Position numbers and translations under genes: made by a program. The notes beneath the pieces were generated by a model that worked only from the letters and a program-made list of their open reading frames with translations, was not told where the DNA came from and made no database searches. A DNA stretch of 64,000 nucleotides from Candidatus Babeliales bacterium. GTDB taxonomy: Bacteria > Babelota > Babeliae > Babelales > JANWKD01. Below, piece after piece: positions 10,518 through 20,246 of the stretch (its first letter is position 1; each line of letters starts with the position of its first letter). The stretch spans positions 800,001-864,000 of the forward strand of contig CAVRJO010000001.1 in the NCBI GenBank assembly GCA_963722255.1. The letters are read 5' to 3'.

Positions 10518-10602
10518 GTTAGTTATTTCAGTTTTTTTGTTAAAATCATTGGCTTCAGTGTATAACTTTTTTTACGGTGTATCAAAAATCAAATCCTTGT
10601 TA

Positions 10603-11178
10603 CTAATTACTATTTTTACTATTTTTAATTTCGTTCTGATATTCACTATAGGCTTCTACCGCTAGTCGATTAAGCTCTATCATATGAACCTTTTTTCTTT
10701 TTAATATTTCTTTAACTTTTTCATTTGATTCCAACTTAATCGAATTATCAATAATTTTTATCATTACATTATTTGTATTGTTGTTTATATATAAATGATG
10801 CCTTAGAAATGGCCAAGCAAAACTAGGAAGCTCTGTTATAAACTCAATAGTGTAAATAATTGTAGTCAAATCTATTGCGACTTGTTTTAAATTTTCTTGG
10901 CATTTTTTTGAATATAGCAATGCTTCAAATGTAAGAAGCAGCACTTCCCGTACATTATTTTCACAAGACTTTGCATATTTTTCACCAAGTTTGGCACCAA
11001 TCTCATCAACATGCCTTGTAACGCTCGACCAAGCATTAAACAGTTCCTTTAAATCGTCAGTTTTCAATATCTCCACAAACTTGCTTGTGTCTTGATACAA
11101 TTGCTCTTTATTTTCCATTGCCTGTAACAAACTGAAAAAATTCAAAATAAAAACGGCAGATACCAAAATTCGTTTCAT
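10603..11178 (-). CDS. Secreted helical hypothetical protein
   Basis: AGGAA RBS before ATG 11178; signal MKRILV...LQA|MEN. Confidence 0.7.
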   Translation of the reverse strand: MKRILVSAVFILNFFSLLQAMENKEQLYQDTSKFVEILKTDDLKELFNAWSSVTRHVDEIGAKLGEKYAKSCENNVREVLLLTFEALLYSKKCQENLKQVAIDLTTIIYTIEFITELPSFAWPFLRHHLYINNNTNNVMIKIIDNSIKLESNEKVKEILKRKKVHMIELNRLAVEAYSEYQNEIKNSKNSN

Positions 11179-11442
11179 AAATTTCCTTTGTAAAATAGTT
11201 TTACAATATAAACATATATAGTATAGCATGCAGAATTCGTTATGATAATTATTTTTTAATAAAATATGATTTTTTGGGAAAATAGCTTTTTTATTCACTT
11301 ATTAAAAATAACACACTTTTTTTATGCATAATATCTCAGTCTTTTTCGGTCTATCAAAAATTCTCATAATTTTTTATACTAGCCATCAACAGTTGAATTC
11401 ATATCAGTTTAATGATTTAATGCACATTCAAGGAAAAATAGT

Positions 11443-12675
11443 ATGAAGTTATCATTTATAATATCTCTTTACTCATTAATCTTCATTTTTTCTTCACTAT
11501 TCTGTATGAAAAAAGAAGATCCAAAAATTCCAAAGGTTACCGCGAGCATGCATCTTTCATTTATTGAAGCATTGCTGGCAGGAGGAAATTTTTGTGTTCA
11601 TACCGATTCTGATATGCTGGAATTCAAACATTTTAAAAAAGAAAAACATTTTTTGTTTCCCATCGATGAACTTGAAGCCTTAACAGGAACTGATGATATT
11701 TTTTCTGTAAAAGATCCAACAGCAGGCTCTATTCATCCAAAATTCATCAAACCATATAACGTCATTAAAAAGCTAATGCTTGAAGTGCAGCATAAACGAT
11801 TGTGTGACTTTAATGCAATACAAGATTATTCTTTGCTTGCAGACGATGAAATCAATGTTGTAAGACAACAAAATCGTAAACGATTACAAAAAGCATTATC
11901 GGAAAAAAATAGTGCAAAAATCGCAGAAGCATGTCCTACATTCCTCTGTGAAGGCTATGATTGTTTAATTCAAGAACCAAGACTTAACGGGCATCTTGAA
12001 AAAATTAAAGAACCTTGCTTGATTAGGGAAAAATTTGCAATAAAAATCCCTCATCTTAAATATTTTATATCTTTTTTTGATGCTGCAATTAATAGCCAAA
12101 ATTTCCATATCGATTCTGAAAAACAGACCATACAGTTTAAGCATTTCAAAAAAGATAAACTTCTTATTGCCACCTTATTTGTACATATCGATACTATTCA
12201 TCAACTTTTTGCTGAGAGCATTATTCTTAATGATATTGCTCACTATCTTGAAGCCAACATTTCTTGCAAAAAAGATATCATTCAAAAGTTATCACTTTTA
12301 AAGAAAAGACAAAGAAAAATGTTTATTGCAGTCCTAAGATTGACTCGCTACTTTGAAAAACCTTTTGCCTTTTCTGATAAGCGATCGGAATTAAAAAGAA
12401 AGCTTAAAACCATGACTCCTGAACAACGAGAACTTTTAGATGGATTTAGTAATATCACAAGGAAACAACCCAAAGGTAGTGAAAATAGAAAATTACACGT
12501 ATACGCAGGCGAAGTTGTCAAAAAAATACAAAATCAAGACAAATTCCGCATGGTAATGGATGAAAGAAAAGTTGATCATCTTGCAGAATTAAAACTACCC
12601 CTTGCAATAGAATTCATTCCTTTTCAAGAAGAGTTTGAAGCATTAGAAGCTGAAGTTGAAAAAATTATGCAATAA
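11443..12675 (+). CDS. Secreted hypothetical protein
   Basis: 410-aa ORF, AAGGA RBS, signal ...LFC|MKK. Confidence 0.7.
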   Translation: MKLSFIISLYSLIFIFSSLFCMKKEDPKIPKVTASMHLSFIEALLAGGNFCVHTDSDMLEFKHFKKEKHFLFPIDELEALTGTDDIFSVKDPTAGSIHPKFIKPYNVIKKLMLEVQHKRLCDFNAIQDYSLLADDEINVVRQQNRKRLQKALSEKNSAKIAEACPTFLCEGYDCLIQEPRLNGHLEKIKEPCLIREKFAIKIPHLKYFISFFDAAINSQNFHIDSEKQTIQFKHFKKDKLLIATLFVHIDTIHQLFAESIILNDIAHYLEANISCKKDIIQKLSLLKKRQRKMFIAVLRLTRYFEKPFAFSDKRSELKRKLKTMTPEQRELLDGFSNITRKQPKGSENRKLHVYAGEVVKKIQNQDKFRMVMDERKVDHLAELKLPLAIEFIPFQEEFEALEAEVEKIMQ

Positions 12676-12715
12676 TTTAAATCCAAAATGATTTTGTTTT
12701 AACTCTTCTATCTAT

Positions 12716-14035
12716 TTAATGAAATAATGAATCTTGCAAAGGCTTTGATTCAAAATATTCATGAAAACAAGATGGTAAATCTTTGTAAGAAACTCTTGAT
12801 GTTGCAGAGGTATAGTCATCAGCACAAAAGGTATTCCAAAATAAAATTGTATCATGCTGAGAGCCATTTCTAGAAACATCAGATAATAATCCTGCAAAAG
12901 CCTTACCAGAATAAACACCATCTAAAAGATCTGATTCTTTCTCTCTAAGGAGCTTTATTGCTTCAATGCCTTCTTGTGTAAACAATGCATATCCGTTACC
13001 GGTAAAATCATGCAAAATATTGAGCTCATTTTCATCAAAAGGGAATAAAGCGAACGAAGAATCGGCATTATGCAACAACTCATTTGTTTCTTCAAACAGC
13101 CTCTTTATTTTATCAAGCTGCGCTCTTTGATCTTCAGGCTCCACTGAAATTCCAATTAATTTACTTTTTATGCCTGCAGCTTTTAATCCGAGCAATAAGC
13201 CTACATAGGTGCCACAGCTACCAACAGGAATATAGATTGTAGTGGGCTCTTTGAGCTCATGGTTATCAATCTGCTCTTTAAGTTCAAATGCAGCATTAAC
13301 ATATCCTAAAATTCCCAAAGCGCATGATCCACCTGTAGGAATAACATAAGGAAATTTTCCATGCTCAAGTTTGTGCGCTAAAAAATGATGCGTTGCTGAA
13401 ATAGCTCGTAATTTATTGGTTGGTGCAAAAATCATCGTAGCTTCTGCATCTGCATCCAATAATAAATTTCGCTGCACTACTAATGAGTTTGCTTGAGGCA
13501 AAAGCATCAAAATAGACTGTAATCCAACTTCTTTGGCATACACCGCTGTTGCTAATGCATGATTTGAACCAACGCAGCCAAACGTCATAACTGCATCAGC
13601 CTTTTTTGCAACTGCATTAGCAAGCAAAAATTCCAGTTTGCGTACTTTATTGCCACCAAACAATATTGTCTCTTCGTTTATTTTTTTTCCAGTCAAATCA
13701 TCTCGCTTCATTAAAAGCTCCGCAACTCCCAATTTATTAGCTATGTTTGGATATTGAGTAATTGGCGTCGGTAATGTTGCCAAAGAAGCATATGAAATCG
13801 ATTGAGAAAGTAATGGAAAGTTTTTAAACAAGGGGATAGTTGTTTTCTCTTTCTGATCAAAAATAGGTAATTCTTCATTGTCGGTGGATGCAAGCTTGCT
13901 AAGATCTGCAAAAATTGCTTCAGGTAAAATTGGTAGTAATGCACGTTTCAAATCAGCAATTGCCTGCTGATCATGATTCATGCAGTTTAATGGCATTAAA
14001 AAGAACAATAAAAATCCATATAATAAAGTAAACAT
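12716..14035 (-). CDS. PLP-dependent D-cysteine desulfhydrase / ACC deaminase family enzyme with signal peptide
   Basis: PTPI, KRDDL..GGNKVRKLEFLL, SNHA, IPTGGS..G.LGY, GSCGT, LDGVYSGKA; N-terminal signal ...LNC|MNH. Confidence 0.85.
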   Translation of the reverse strand: MFTLLYGFLLFFLMPLNCMNHDQQAIADLKRALLPILPEAIFADLSKLASTDNEELPIFDQKEKTTIPLFKNFPLLSQSISYASLATLPTPITQYPNIANKLGVAELLMKRDDLTGKKINEETILFGGNKVRKLEFLLANAVAKKADAVMTFGCVGSNHALATAVYAKEVGLQSILMLLPQANSLVVQRNLLLDADAEATMIFAPTNKLRAISATHHFLAHKLEHGKFPYVIPTGGSCALGILGYVNAAFELKEQIDNHELKEPTTIYIPVGSCGTYVGLLLGLKAAGIKSKLIGISVEPEDQRAQLDKIKRLFEETNELLHNADSSFALFPFDENELNILHDFTGNGYALFTQEGIEAIKLLREKESDLLDGVYSGKAFAGLLSDVSRNGSQHDTILFWNTFCADDYTSATSRVSYKDLPSCFHEYFESKPLQDSLFH

Positions 14036-14197
14036 TTCTTACCTTTCAACAACTCAACAAAAAACCAGACTTACCGTAGTAAACTAAAACAAATATGTCA
14101 ATCAAAAAAAATCTCATCTCTTTATCTTTAGATACTAAATTTGTCACACTATGTGTAATAAACGAAGCGCTACAAATAAAAGGCAAAGGATAAAAAA

Positions 14198-14659
14198 ATG
14201 ATTAGTATGAAAAAAATAATGAGCGTTATTCTTATTATGTTCTTATGTTTTATTCAATTTTCACTACATGCAATGAATGATGAAGCAAAAAAAAGACGTC
14301 GAGAAAACAGGAGAATTAGAAAAATTATACGAGAAAAAAATAAAGAGACTCGTGTCCTAGAGCTTCTTGATCAATGCAAACAGGGCAATAAAAATATACG
14401 AAGCTATAGAGTCAATGAACAGACTCTTGTAAGTTATGATGGTAAAAGCACTCTTATCACAGTCTATGATAAAAAGGGCCAAGCATTACATCGAAGCTTC
14501 AAAGATTATATTAAACTTATGCAAGAAGAAAGCAGCGATGAGGATGAACCTACTATTGACCTTGAATATTCAAATCGTGAAGATGGCCCTACAAGCGAAA
14601 AAGAACAGTGCCTTAAGAAAGACGAGAAATCAAAAAGATGTTGTTGCGTTCTTATTTAA
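14198..14659 (+). CDS. Secreted hypothetical protein with C-terminal CaaX motif
   Basis: Signal ...LHA|MND; basic KKRRRENRRIRK; ends KKDEKSKRCCCVLI-stop. Confidence 0.75.
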   Translation: MISMKKIMSVILIMFLCFIQFSLHAMNDEAKKRRRENRRIRKIIREKNKETRVLELLDQCKQGNKNIRSYRVNEQTLVSYDGKSTLITVYDKKGQALHRSFKDYIKLMQEESSDEDEPTIDLEYSNREDGPTSEKEQCLKKDEKSKRCCCVLI

Positions 14660-14687
14660 GGATTAGAAAAATAATTATAATGGATTA

Positions 14688-15869
14688 TTAATCTTTTATT
14701 ATTCTAGGTAATAAAGGATTGATGCGTGTTACAAATTCATAGTTAATGGTATTGCATTGAGCAGCAAGAGTATCTGCCGTTAATCCATCATAATTTCCCA
14801 GCAAAATAACTTCGTCATTTAGATTGACATTCAATCCAGTTACATCAACCATCATAAGGTTCATAGCAATAGTACCTACCAAAGGTGCACGTTGATTATT
14901 AATGAGAACGAATCCTTTATTTGAAAGCTTTCTATCATAACCATCCCAATAACCGACCGGCAGTGTTGCAATTCGTGATATTTTGGTAACACAATGGGTT
15001 CTATTATATCCAACATAACTTCCTGCAGGAATTTCTTTAAGATGAATAATCTTTGTTTTCCAACTCATAACGGGCTTTAATGAAAAATAATTACCATCAG
15101 CTTGCACTGTTTTTTTATTATCATATGACGGCCATAACCCATACACACCTATTCCAGCACGTGCTAGGGTAAAATAACTTTTGTGATTTACTGTTATTGC
15201 TGCAGAACATGAAGCATGCTTTAAAGGAATTTTGATATTTATTTGTTCTAAAGAATCAACAATTTGTTTAAATCTATCTATTTGCAGATCAGTAAATGTC
15301 TGATCCATCTTTTCAGATTCAGCAAAATGCGTAAAAATTCCTTGTATAGTGATATACTGCAATTGGTGCAGTTCTTGTATAAATGATAGTGCATCATTAT
15401 ACATAACGCCCAATCGCGAAAGCCCAGTATCAACCTTTATATGTATTTTAATTTTTTGCTGTAACTGAGCTCCCATTCTATGTAAAACTATTGCTTGGCA
15501 CCTATCAAAAACAACCAAATCAATATCATGAATAAATGCCTGTTCTAACGCATCATCAATAATGCTTAATACCAGCAAAGGTTTTGTTATACCATATTTT
15601 CGCAATGAAACTGCTTCAGATAAACTTACAGTACAGATATAATCCACATTGCTATTTTTTTGAGCAAGTGCAGCAATGTGATGCATGCCATGTCCGTAGG
15701 CATTACTTTTTATTACAACAGCAAAGAGAGAAGGAGAAACTATTTTTTTATATTGATGAACATTATGATCAAATGCATCTTTATCAATCTCAATCCAGGT
15801 GAGTGGTGATGTTTGCACTTCAAGAACATAAAGTTTTGTAGGTTGTTTTATTATTATTTCGTTGTGCAT
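14688..15869 (-). CDS. alr: Alanine racemase
   Basis: VIKSNAYGHG (PLP Lys), HIKVDTGLSRLG, FTHFA, VGYWDG, TINYE. Confidence 0.95.
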   Translation of the reverse strand: MHNEIIIKQPTKLYVLEVQTSPLTWIEIDKDAFDHNVHQYKKIVSPSLFAVVIKSNAYGHGMHHIAALAQKNSNVDYICTVSLSEAVSLRKYGITKPLLVLSIIDDALEQAFIHDIDLVVFDRCQAIVLHRMGAQLQQKIKIHIKVDTGLSRLGVMYNDALSFIQELHQLQYITIQGIFTHFAESEKMDQTFTDLQIDRFKQIVDSLEQINIKIPLKHASCSAAITVNHKSYFTLARAGIGVYGLWPSYDNKKTVQADGNYFSLKPVMSWKTKIIHLKEIPAGSYVGYNRTHCVTKISRIATLPVGYWDGYDRKLSNKGFVLINNQRAPLVGTIAMNLMMVDVTGLNVNLNDEVILLGNYDGLTADTLAAQCNTINYEFVTRINPLLPRIIKD

Positions 15870-15909
15870 GGTACTTTTATCTTTTGTTAGGCAATATAAT
15901 CAGAAAAAC

Positions 15910-16026
15910 TGTCATCCTGAGGAACGAAACGAAGTGAAGTGACGTAGAGATCCAGGATCAAACAATAAATCAAATCGGATAACTAATAAACTATTTCTGG
16001 ATTCCTGCGCTTCGCTCAGAATGACA
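15910..16026. repeat. REP/RPE-like palindromic element (copy 1)
   Basis: Ends TGTCATCCTGAG ... CTCAGAATGACA with an inner ATCCAG/CTGGAT stem; homologous to 19943..20116. Confidence 0.8.
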
Positions 16027-16064
16027 ACTGTATTTATCGTTTATCACAAGAATAACATCATTGC

Positions 16065-17855
16065 TTATTCTTCGCCATGATTTTGCGTAGCCTGCTTTCT
16101 CCATAAGCGGGCATATAATCCATCCTTTTGTAATAATTCTTGATGAGAGCCTTGTTCAACAATCGAACCATGCTCAACTACAATTATATTATCAGCATGT
16201 GTAACGGTCGAAAGGCGATGTGCAATAATAAGTGTCGTTGATCCTGTGGAAATCTCTTCAAGGTTTTTTTGAATTTCTCGTTCGGTACGCGTATCTAATG
16301 CAGAAGTCGCCTCATCAAATAAATACATAAGTGGTCGCTTCAGGAGAACTCGAGCAATCGCGACGCGTTGTTTTTCTCCTCCTGAAAGTTTAAGACCCCG
16401 TTCTCCCACCATAGTCAACAATCCCTCGGGAAGTTGTTCAATAAAAAGATCTAAATGAGCAAGACGAGCCGCTTCTTCAACTTCTTCTACGGTTGCATCT
16501 GGTCTTCCATATGCAATATTGTAAAATAAACTATTATTAAATAAAACTGTATCTTGAGGAACAATGCCAATCAATTTTTGCAATGATTCTTGGGTCACTA
16601 ACCGAATGTCATGGTTATTAACTAAGATTGCACCTCCTGTTATATCATAAAAACGAAACAAAAGACGCGCTATCGTTGATTTTCCTGAACCACTTGGTCC
16701 TACAATAGCAACACTGGTTCCACGAGGAACTTTAAAAGAAACGTCATTCAAAATCAGTCTATTGGATTCATAACCAAACACAACATGTTTAAATTCTATT
16801 TCTGCATAATCAGAGCGAAGTACAATTGCACCGGGAATATCCTTAATTTCCGGTTTTATATCCAAAAGGCTAAGAACATTCTCCATGTCTGTTAGCCCTT
16901 TACGAATTTTACGCAAAAAATAACCAAACCAACTCAAAGGCTGAACAAATTGTAAAAGATAACTATTGATCAAAATAAAATCACCAACATTCATGGTTCC
17001 TTGTAAAACATTATTACCCGTGATCCAGGTCAAAAGTATAAGTCCTAAACCAATAACGACCCCTTGACCTAAATGAACAGATTCTGAAGTGATATGTTTT
17101 TTGGTTGCGGCATCTTCCGATTCTTGCAATAGTTTATCAGTTTCTTTTACTTCAAACTTTTGATTGCAAAAATATTTGACCGTTTCAAAATTTAACAAAC
17201 TATCAACAATTCGTGCTTGTGCATTAAAATGTTTTTCATTATTGATTCGTTGAGCCAATGCTGACCATTCAGTACCAATTATGCTAAACAGGGTGTAGCA
17301 GACTAAAATTGCAAATAAAATAAGCCCATAGATGCTTCCATAGAGGCTCCATAAGATGGATATTGCAATAAGAACTTCTATAATCGTTGGACCAAGCGAA
17401 AGAAAAATTCCCCAAAATATGTCGGGAAATGAGTCTTGTGCCTTTTCAATAGCACTTGTTATTGCTCCGGTGCGACGATTTAAATGAAATCGCAATGATA
17501 AGGTATGAAAATGCGAAAATATATTAATACTTAATAAATGAATACCATGCTCCATAACCCGAAAAAGAACAATTTCACGTAACTGACTTGTAACTTGCCC
17601 AATTAACCATAAACACCCATAAGAAAGTAACAACATTTGTACATAGTGAACAGGCGCTACCGGAAGAGCAAATAATGAAATTATTTTTTTTAATATGAGA
17701 GGAACGCTTACATTGACAAGCATCGTTACAATAATAAAAAATCCTGATGCAAAAACACGTAAACGAAGCTTCCAGTCTTTAATCCATAAGTAGGGTAACA
17801 AATAGGCAATAATCTCTGATGGACGTCTCGTAACTTTTTGACTTGAATCCTTCAT
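16065..17855 (-). CDS. ABC half-transporter, ATM1/HMT1-like (TMD+NBD)
   Basis: SLRFHLNRRTG, DSLLNFETVKYF, Walker A GPSGSGKS, VPQDTVLFN, LSGGEKQR, DEATSALD, IAHRLST. Confidence 0.9.
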   Translation of the reverse strand: MKDSSQKVTRRPSEIIAYLLPYLWIKDWKLRLRVFASGFFIIVTMLVNVSVPLILKKIISLFALPVAPVHYVQMLLLSYGCLWLIGQVTSQLREIVLFRVMEHGIHLLSINIFSHFHTLSLRFHLNRRTGAITSAIEKAQDSFPDIFWGIFLSLGPTIIEVLIAISILWSLYGSIYGLILFAILVCYTLFSIIGTEWSALAQRINNEKHFNAQARIVDSLLNFETVKYFCNQKFEVKETDKLLQESEDAATKKHITSESVHLGQGVVIGLGLILLTWITGNNVLQGTMNVGDFILINSYLLQFVQPLSWFGYFLRKIRKGLTDMENVLSLLDIKPEIKDIPGAIVLRSDYAEIEFKHVVFGYESNRLILNDVSFKVPRGTSVAIVGPSGSGKSTIARLLFRFYDITGGAILVNNHDIRLVTQESLQKLIGIVPQDTVLFNNSLFYNIAYGRPDATVEEVEEAARLAHLDLFIEQLPEGLLTMVGERGLKLSGGEKQRVAIARVLLKRPLMYLFDEATSALDTRTEREIQKNLEEISTGSTTLIIAHRLSTVTHADNIIVVEHGSIVEQGSHQELLQKDGLYARLWRKQATQNHGEE

Positions 17856-17930
17856 GCAGTTTAAATCCTTATTGGGCAACGATAGTTTTGTTAAGAGTAA
17901 CAAAGAAAAAATAAAAAATAATAGACTTTT

Positions 17931-18215
17931 TCAATAGGTTCGAGTAATTGTTGTTTTTCTATTTTCTTGATACGGTTCACGTCCTTCTAATTCCAACATT
18001 TTGATGCGAGCAAATTGTTCTTGAGCTAAAACTTGTTCATCAATAACTTCTATTTGAGGCTCATTAGGATTTTGTAAGTTCCTCTTATCAGCAATAGGTG
18101 CTGCCGCTCCGGGCTGTTTTATTACATAGTTATTAACAGTTCTTGCATAACTTATCCTAATCCCAAATATCAAACTTGAAAAAATGAAAAGCAGACAGCA
18201 AAAACGATTGACCAT
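17931..18215 (-). CDS. Small secreted hypothetical protein
   Basis: GAGG RBS, signal-like N-terminus, co-oriented with neighbours. Confidence 0.55.
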   Translation of the reverse strand: MVNRFCCLLFIFSSLIFGIRISYARTVNNYVIKQPGAAAPIADKRNLQNPNEPQIEVIDEQVLAQEQFARIKMLELEGREPYQENRKTTITRTY

Positions 18216-18234
18216 TGTAATAATACCTCAAAAA

Positions 18235-18819
18235 TTAGTATGAAGGAGTTGATTTCTTGTCTATATTTTTTGCAGCAAAAGATAACATGATCAATGTCCA
18301 ACCAGTAAAAATTGCATCTATTCCAATAAGCATCCCAATAACCCAAAGCCCTGAAAGCGGCCATTGTTGCCAAATAAGAACCCCGAGAATAAAGGTAACA
18401 ACGCCATTAAATGCAAGCCATCCTTTATGCGGAACATTTTTTGCTAAAGCAAAAATTACCTTCAAAACACCGGTAACTATAAAAAATATAGCCAGTAATA
18501 ACGTCAATGAAATAGCATTTTCGGCTGGATGCATAACAATAAAAAAGCCGCCAATAGTATACAAAACGCCTAAAAAAAGATGTAAAAAAAAGTTACTCCA
18601 ACGGCTCAAAGTAAATGATTGAATTCCTTCAAAAACACCAAGAATAATCAAAAAGATTCCTAAATAAATTACTGAAAAAATAGTGCTTGTATAAGCAAAA
18701 ATGGTAGCCAGAGTTCCAAAAACAACCAAACTTATTCCAAGAAATAAAAATGATTTTCTATGTTCTTGAATTTGTTGAATCGTTTTTTCATTTAATTCAT
18801 TATCAAACATATAGTTCAT
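18235..18819 (-). CDS. HdeD/DUF308 family membrane protein
   Basis: About six TM helices; WPLSGLWVIGMLIGIDAIFTGW motif. Confidence 0.85.
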   Translation of the reverse strand: MNYMFDNELNEKTIQQIQEHRKSFLFLGISLVVFGTLATIFAYTSTIFSVIYLGIFLIILGVFEGIQSFTLSRWSNFFLHLFLGVLYTIGGFFIVMHPAENAISLTLLLAIFFIVTGVLKVIFALAKNVPHKGWLAFNGVVTFILGVLIWQQWPLSGLWVIGMLIGIDAIFTGWTLIMLSFAAKNIDKKSTPSY

Positions 18820-18991
18820 GAGTTATTATCCTTTCTTTTAGATAATTGTACTGAGATTGAATACAAAAAAGCAATAGATTTTATTTTTTAATTGAAATAT
18901 AAAAATAAAACTCTTCCATTATTCTTTTTGTTTTACTAGAGTAAAACTTAGTTCTCATATTAACCACTTTTACTCTATAGGGAGTATTCTT

Positions 18992-19823
18992 ATGAAGAAA
19001 TTCATGTATCTGAGCTTAACTGGATTAATGGTATTGAGCCCAACAACCAACTGCATGGAACAGATCATAACAGCAGATAAAGAAGCAGAAATACCCTCAA
19101 AAGGGGAATTAATTAATCAATTCATGGAAGCAGCTCTTGCAGTATCGACTCTCAACCGTTATGCTGTTGCGGAATCTGCAGAATTTAGTTCCATGCAAGA
19201 AATATATGGAACCATTAAAAAAGTTAACAACGGAAATAAAGAACAAACCCAAGCAGAGCTGTTAGATGGATATCACAGCGGAGATGAAGATTATTACAAA
19301 AAGGAAATCGAAAATGCCGACAAAACGTTGCAAAAAATTAGATCCATTGATGCAATTTTAGCCTTCAGAACCCAACCAAAATTGGCAGATAATCAAAAAA
19401 AATTTGAAAAATTAACACGACAACAAAATGAATTAAATGAGTCTTATAAAGATATATTGAACAAAAGAGCTAATAACAAAGCAGAATTAGCTAAAATAGC
19501 AACAGAAAAGGAAGTTCTTGAACAAGCCCGCACAATTCTTTACTAATAACAGAGAGCAAGAAAATTCATTACTGCACGCACGCAAAGAAAAAATAACCGC
19601 AGACATAGCAGCAGTTGATGAACGTATTGCAAAACACAAAAATGCAACTTACGCTTTACTCGATGCACCAGTAAGCGAAAGCGTTAAGGAAGCTGGAATT
19701 GAAGATAGTATAGAGATTGAAAAAAGTTTAGCTGAAGAAAAAATGCAATTACAGGAAAAACTCAATAAAGTTGAAGCTGTAATTGAAAACTTAAAACCTA
19801 AACAAGGTTGGTTTGGTTGGTAA
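18992..19823 (+). pseudogene. Secreted coiled-coil protein split by an apparent +1 frameshift near 19538-19546
   Basis: ORF 18992..19546 (signal ...TNC|MEQ, GGGAG RBS) overlaps 19518..19823. Both are coiled-coil-like, and removing one T at CTTTAC joins them into 276 aa. Confidence 0.55.
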
Positions 19824-19844
19824 TTTAAACCATATTTAAAAGCT

Positions 19845-19878
19845 AAAAAAAGCCCATCAATTGCGATGGGCTTTTTTT
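19845..19878. terminator. Bidirectional intrinsic terminator
   Basis: A7-GCCCATC-loop-GATGGGC-T7. Confidence 0.85.
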
Positions 19879-19942
19879 ATAGCAACCTTCATTAAGATAA
19901 GCATATTTTTTGCAATGATAAAAATGATACTAATCGAAAGAA

Positions 19943-20116
19943 TGTCATCCAGAGAATTTTCTCGAAGTGAAATTCGTGGGATCCAGTAATTAAAATTGAA
20001 AATCCTAATAAATTTTTCAAGACTTTAAAACATCAAAAAAATTAATTTTTTCATAGGTTTTTATTATTTAACTGGATCCCACGTCACTACACTATGTTTC
20101 GTTCCTCTGGATGACA
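19943..20116. repeat. REP/RPE-like palindromic element (copy 2, opposite orientation)
   Basis: TGTCATCCAGAG ... CTCTGGATGACA ends; inner CGTGGGATCCAGT/ACTGGATCCCACG stem; reverse complement of the right arm matches the left arm of copy 1. Confidence 0.8.
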
Positions 20117-20246
20117 GTTTTGCCTTTATTGTTTTTTTTAAATTCAAATTGCGCGGTTTAGCGCGGGGCGCTATACAAAACCATACAAAAATATGTTGCA
20201 TCTGATAAAATGCCTATTTTTTTTCACTCCATAAACTTATTATACT

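Noticed and set aside
20151..20173. GC-rich patch GCGCGGTTTAGCGCGGGGCGCTA
   Set aside because: Only a 6-bp hairpin; too short to assign beyond a possible terminator of the zinc-finger gene.
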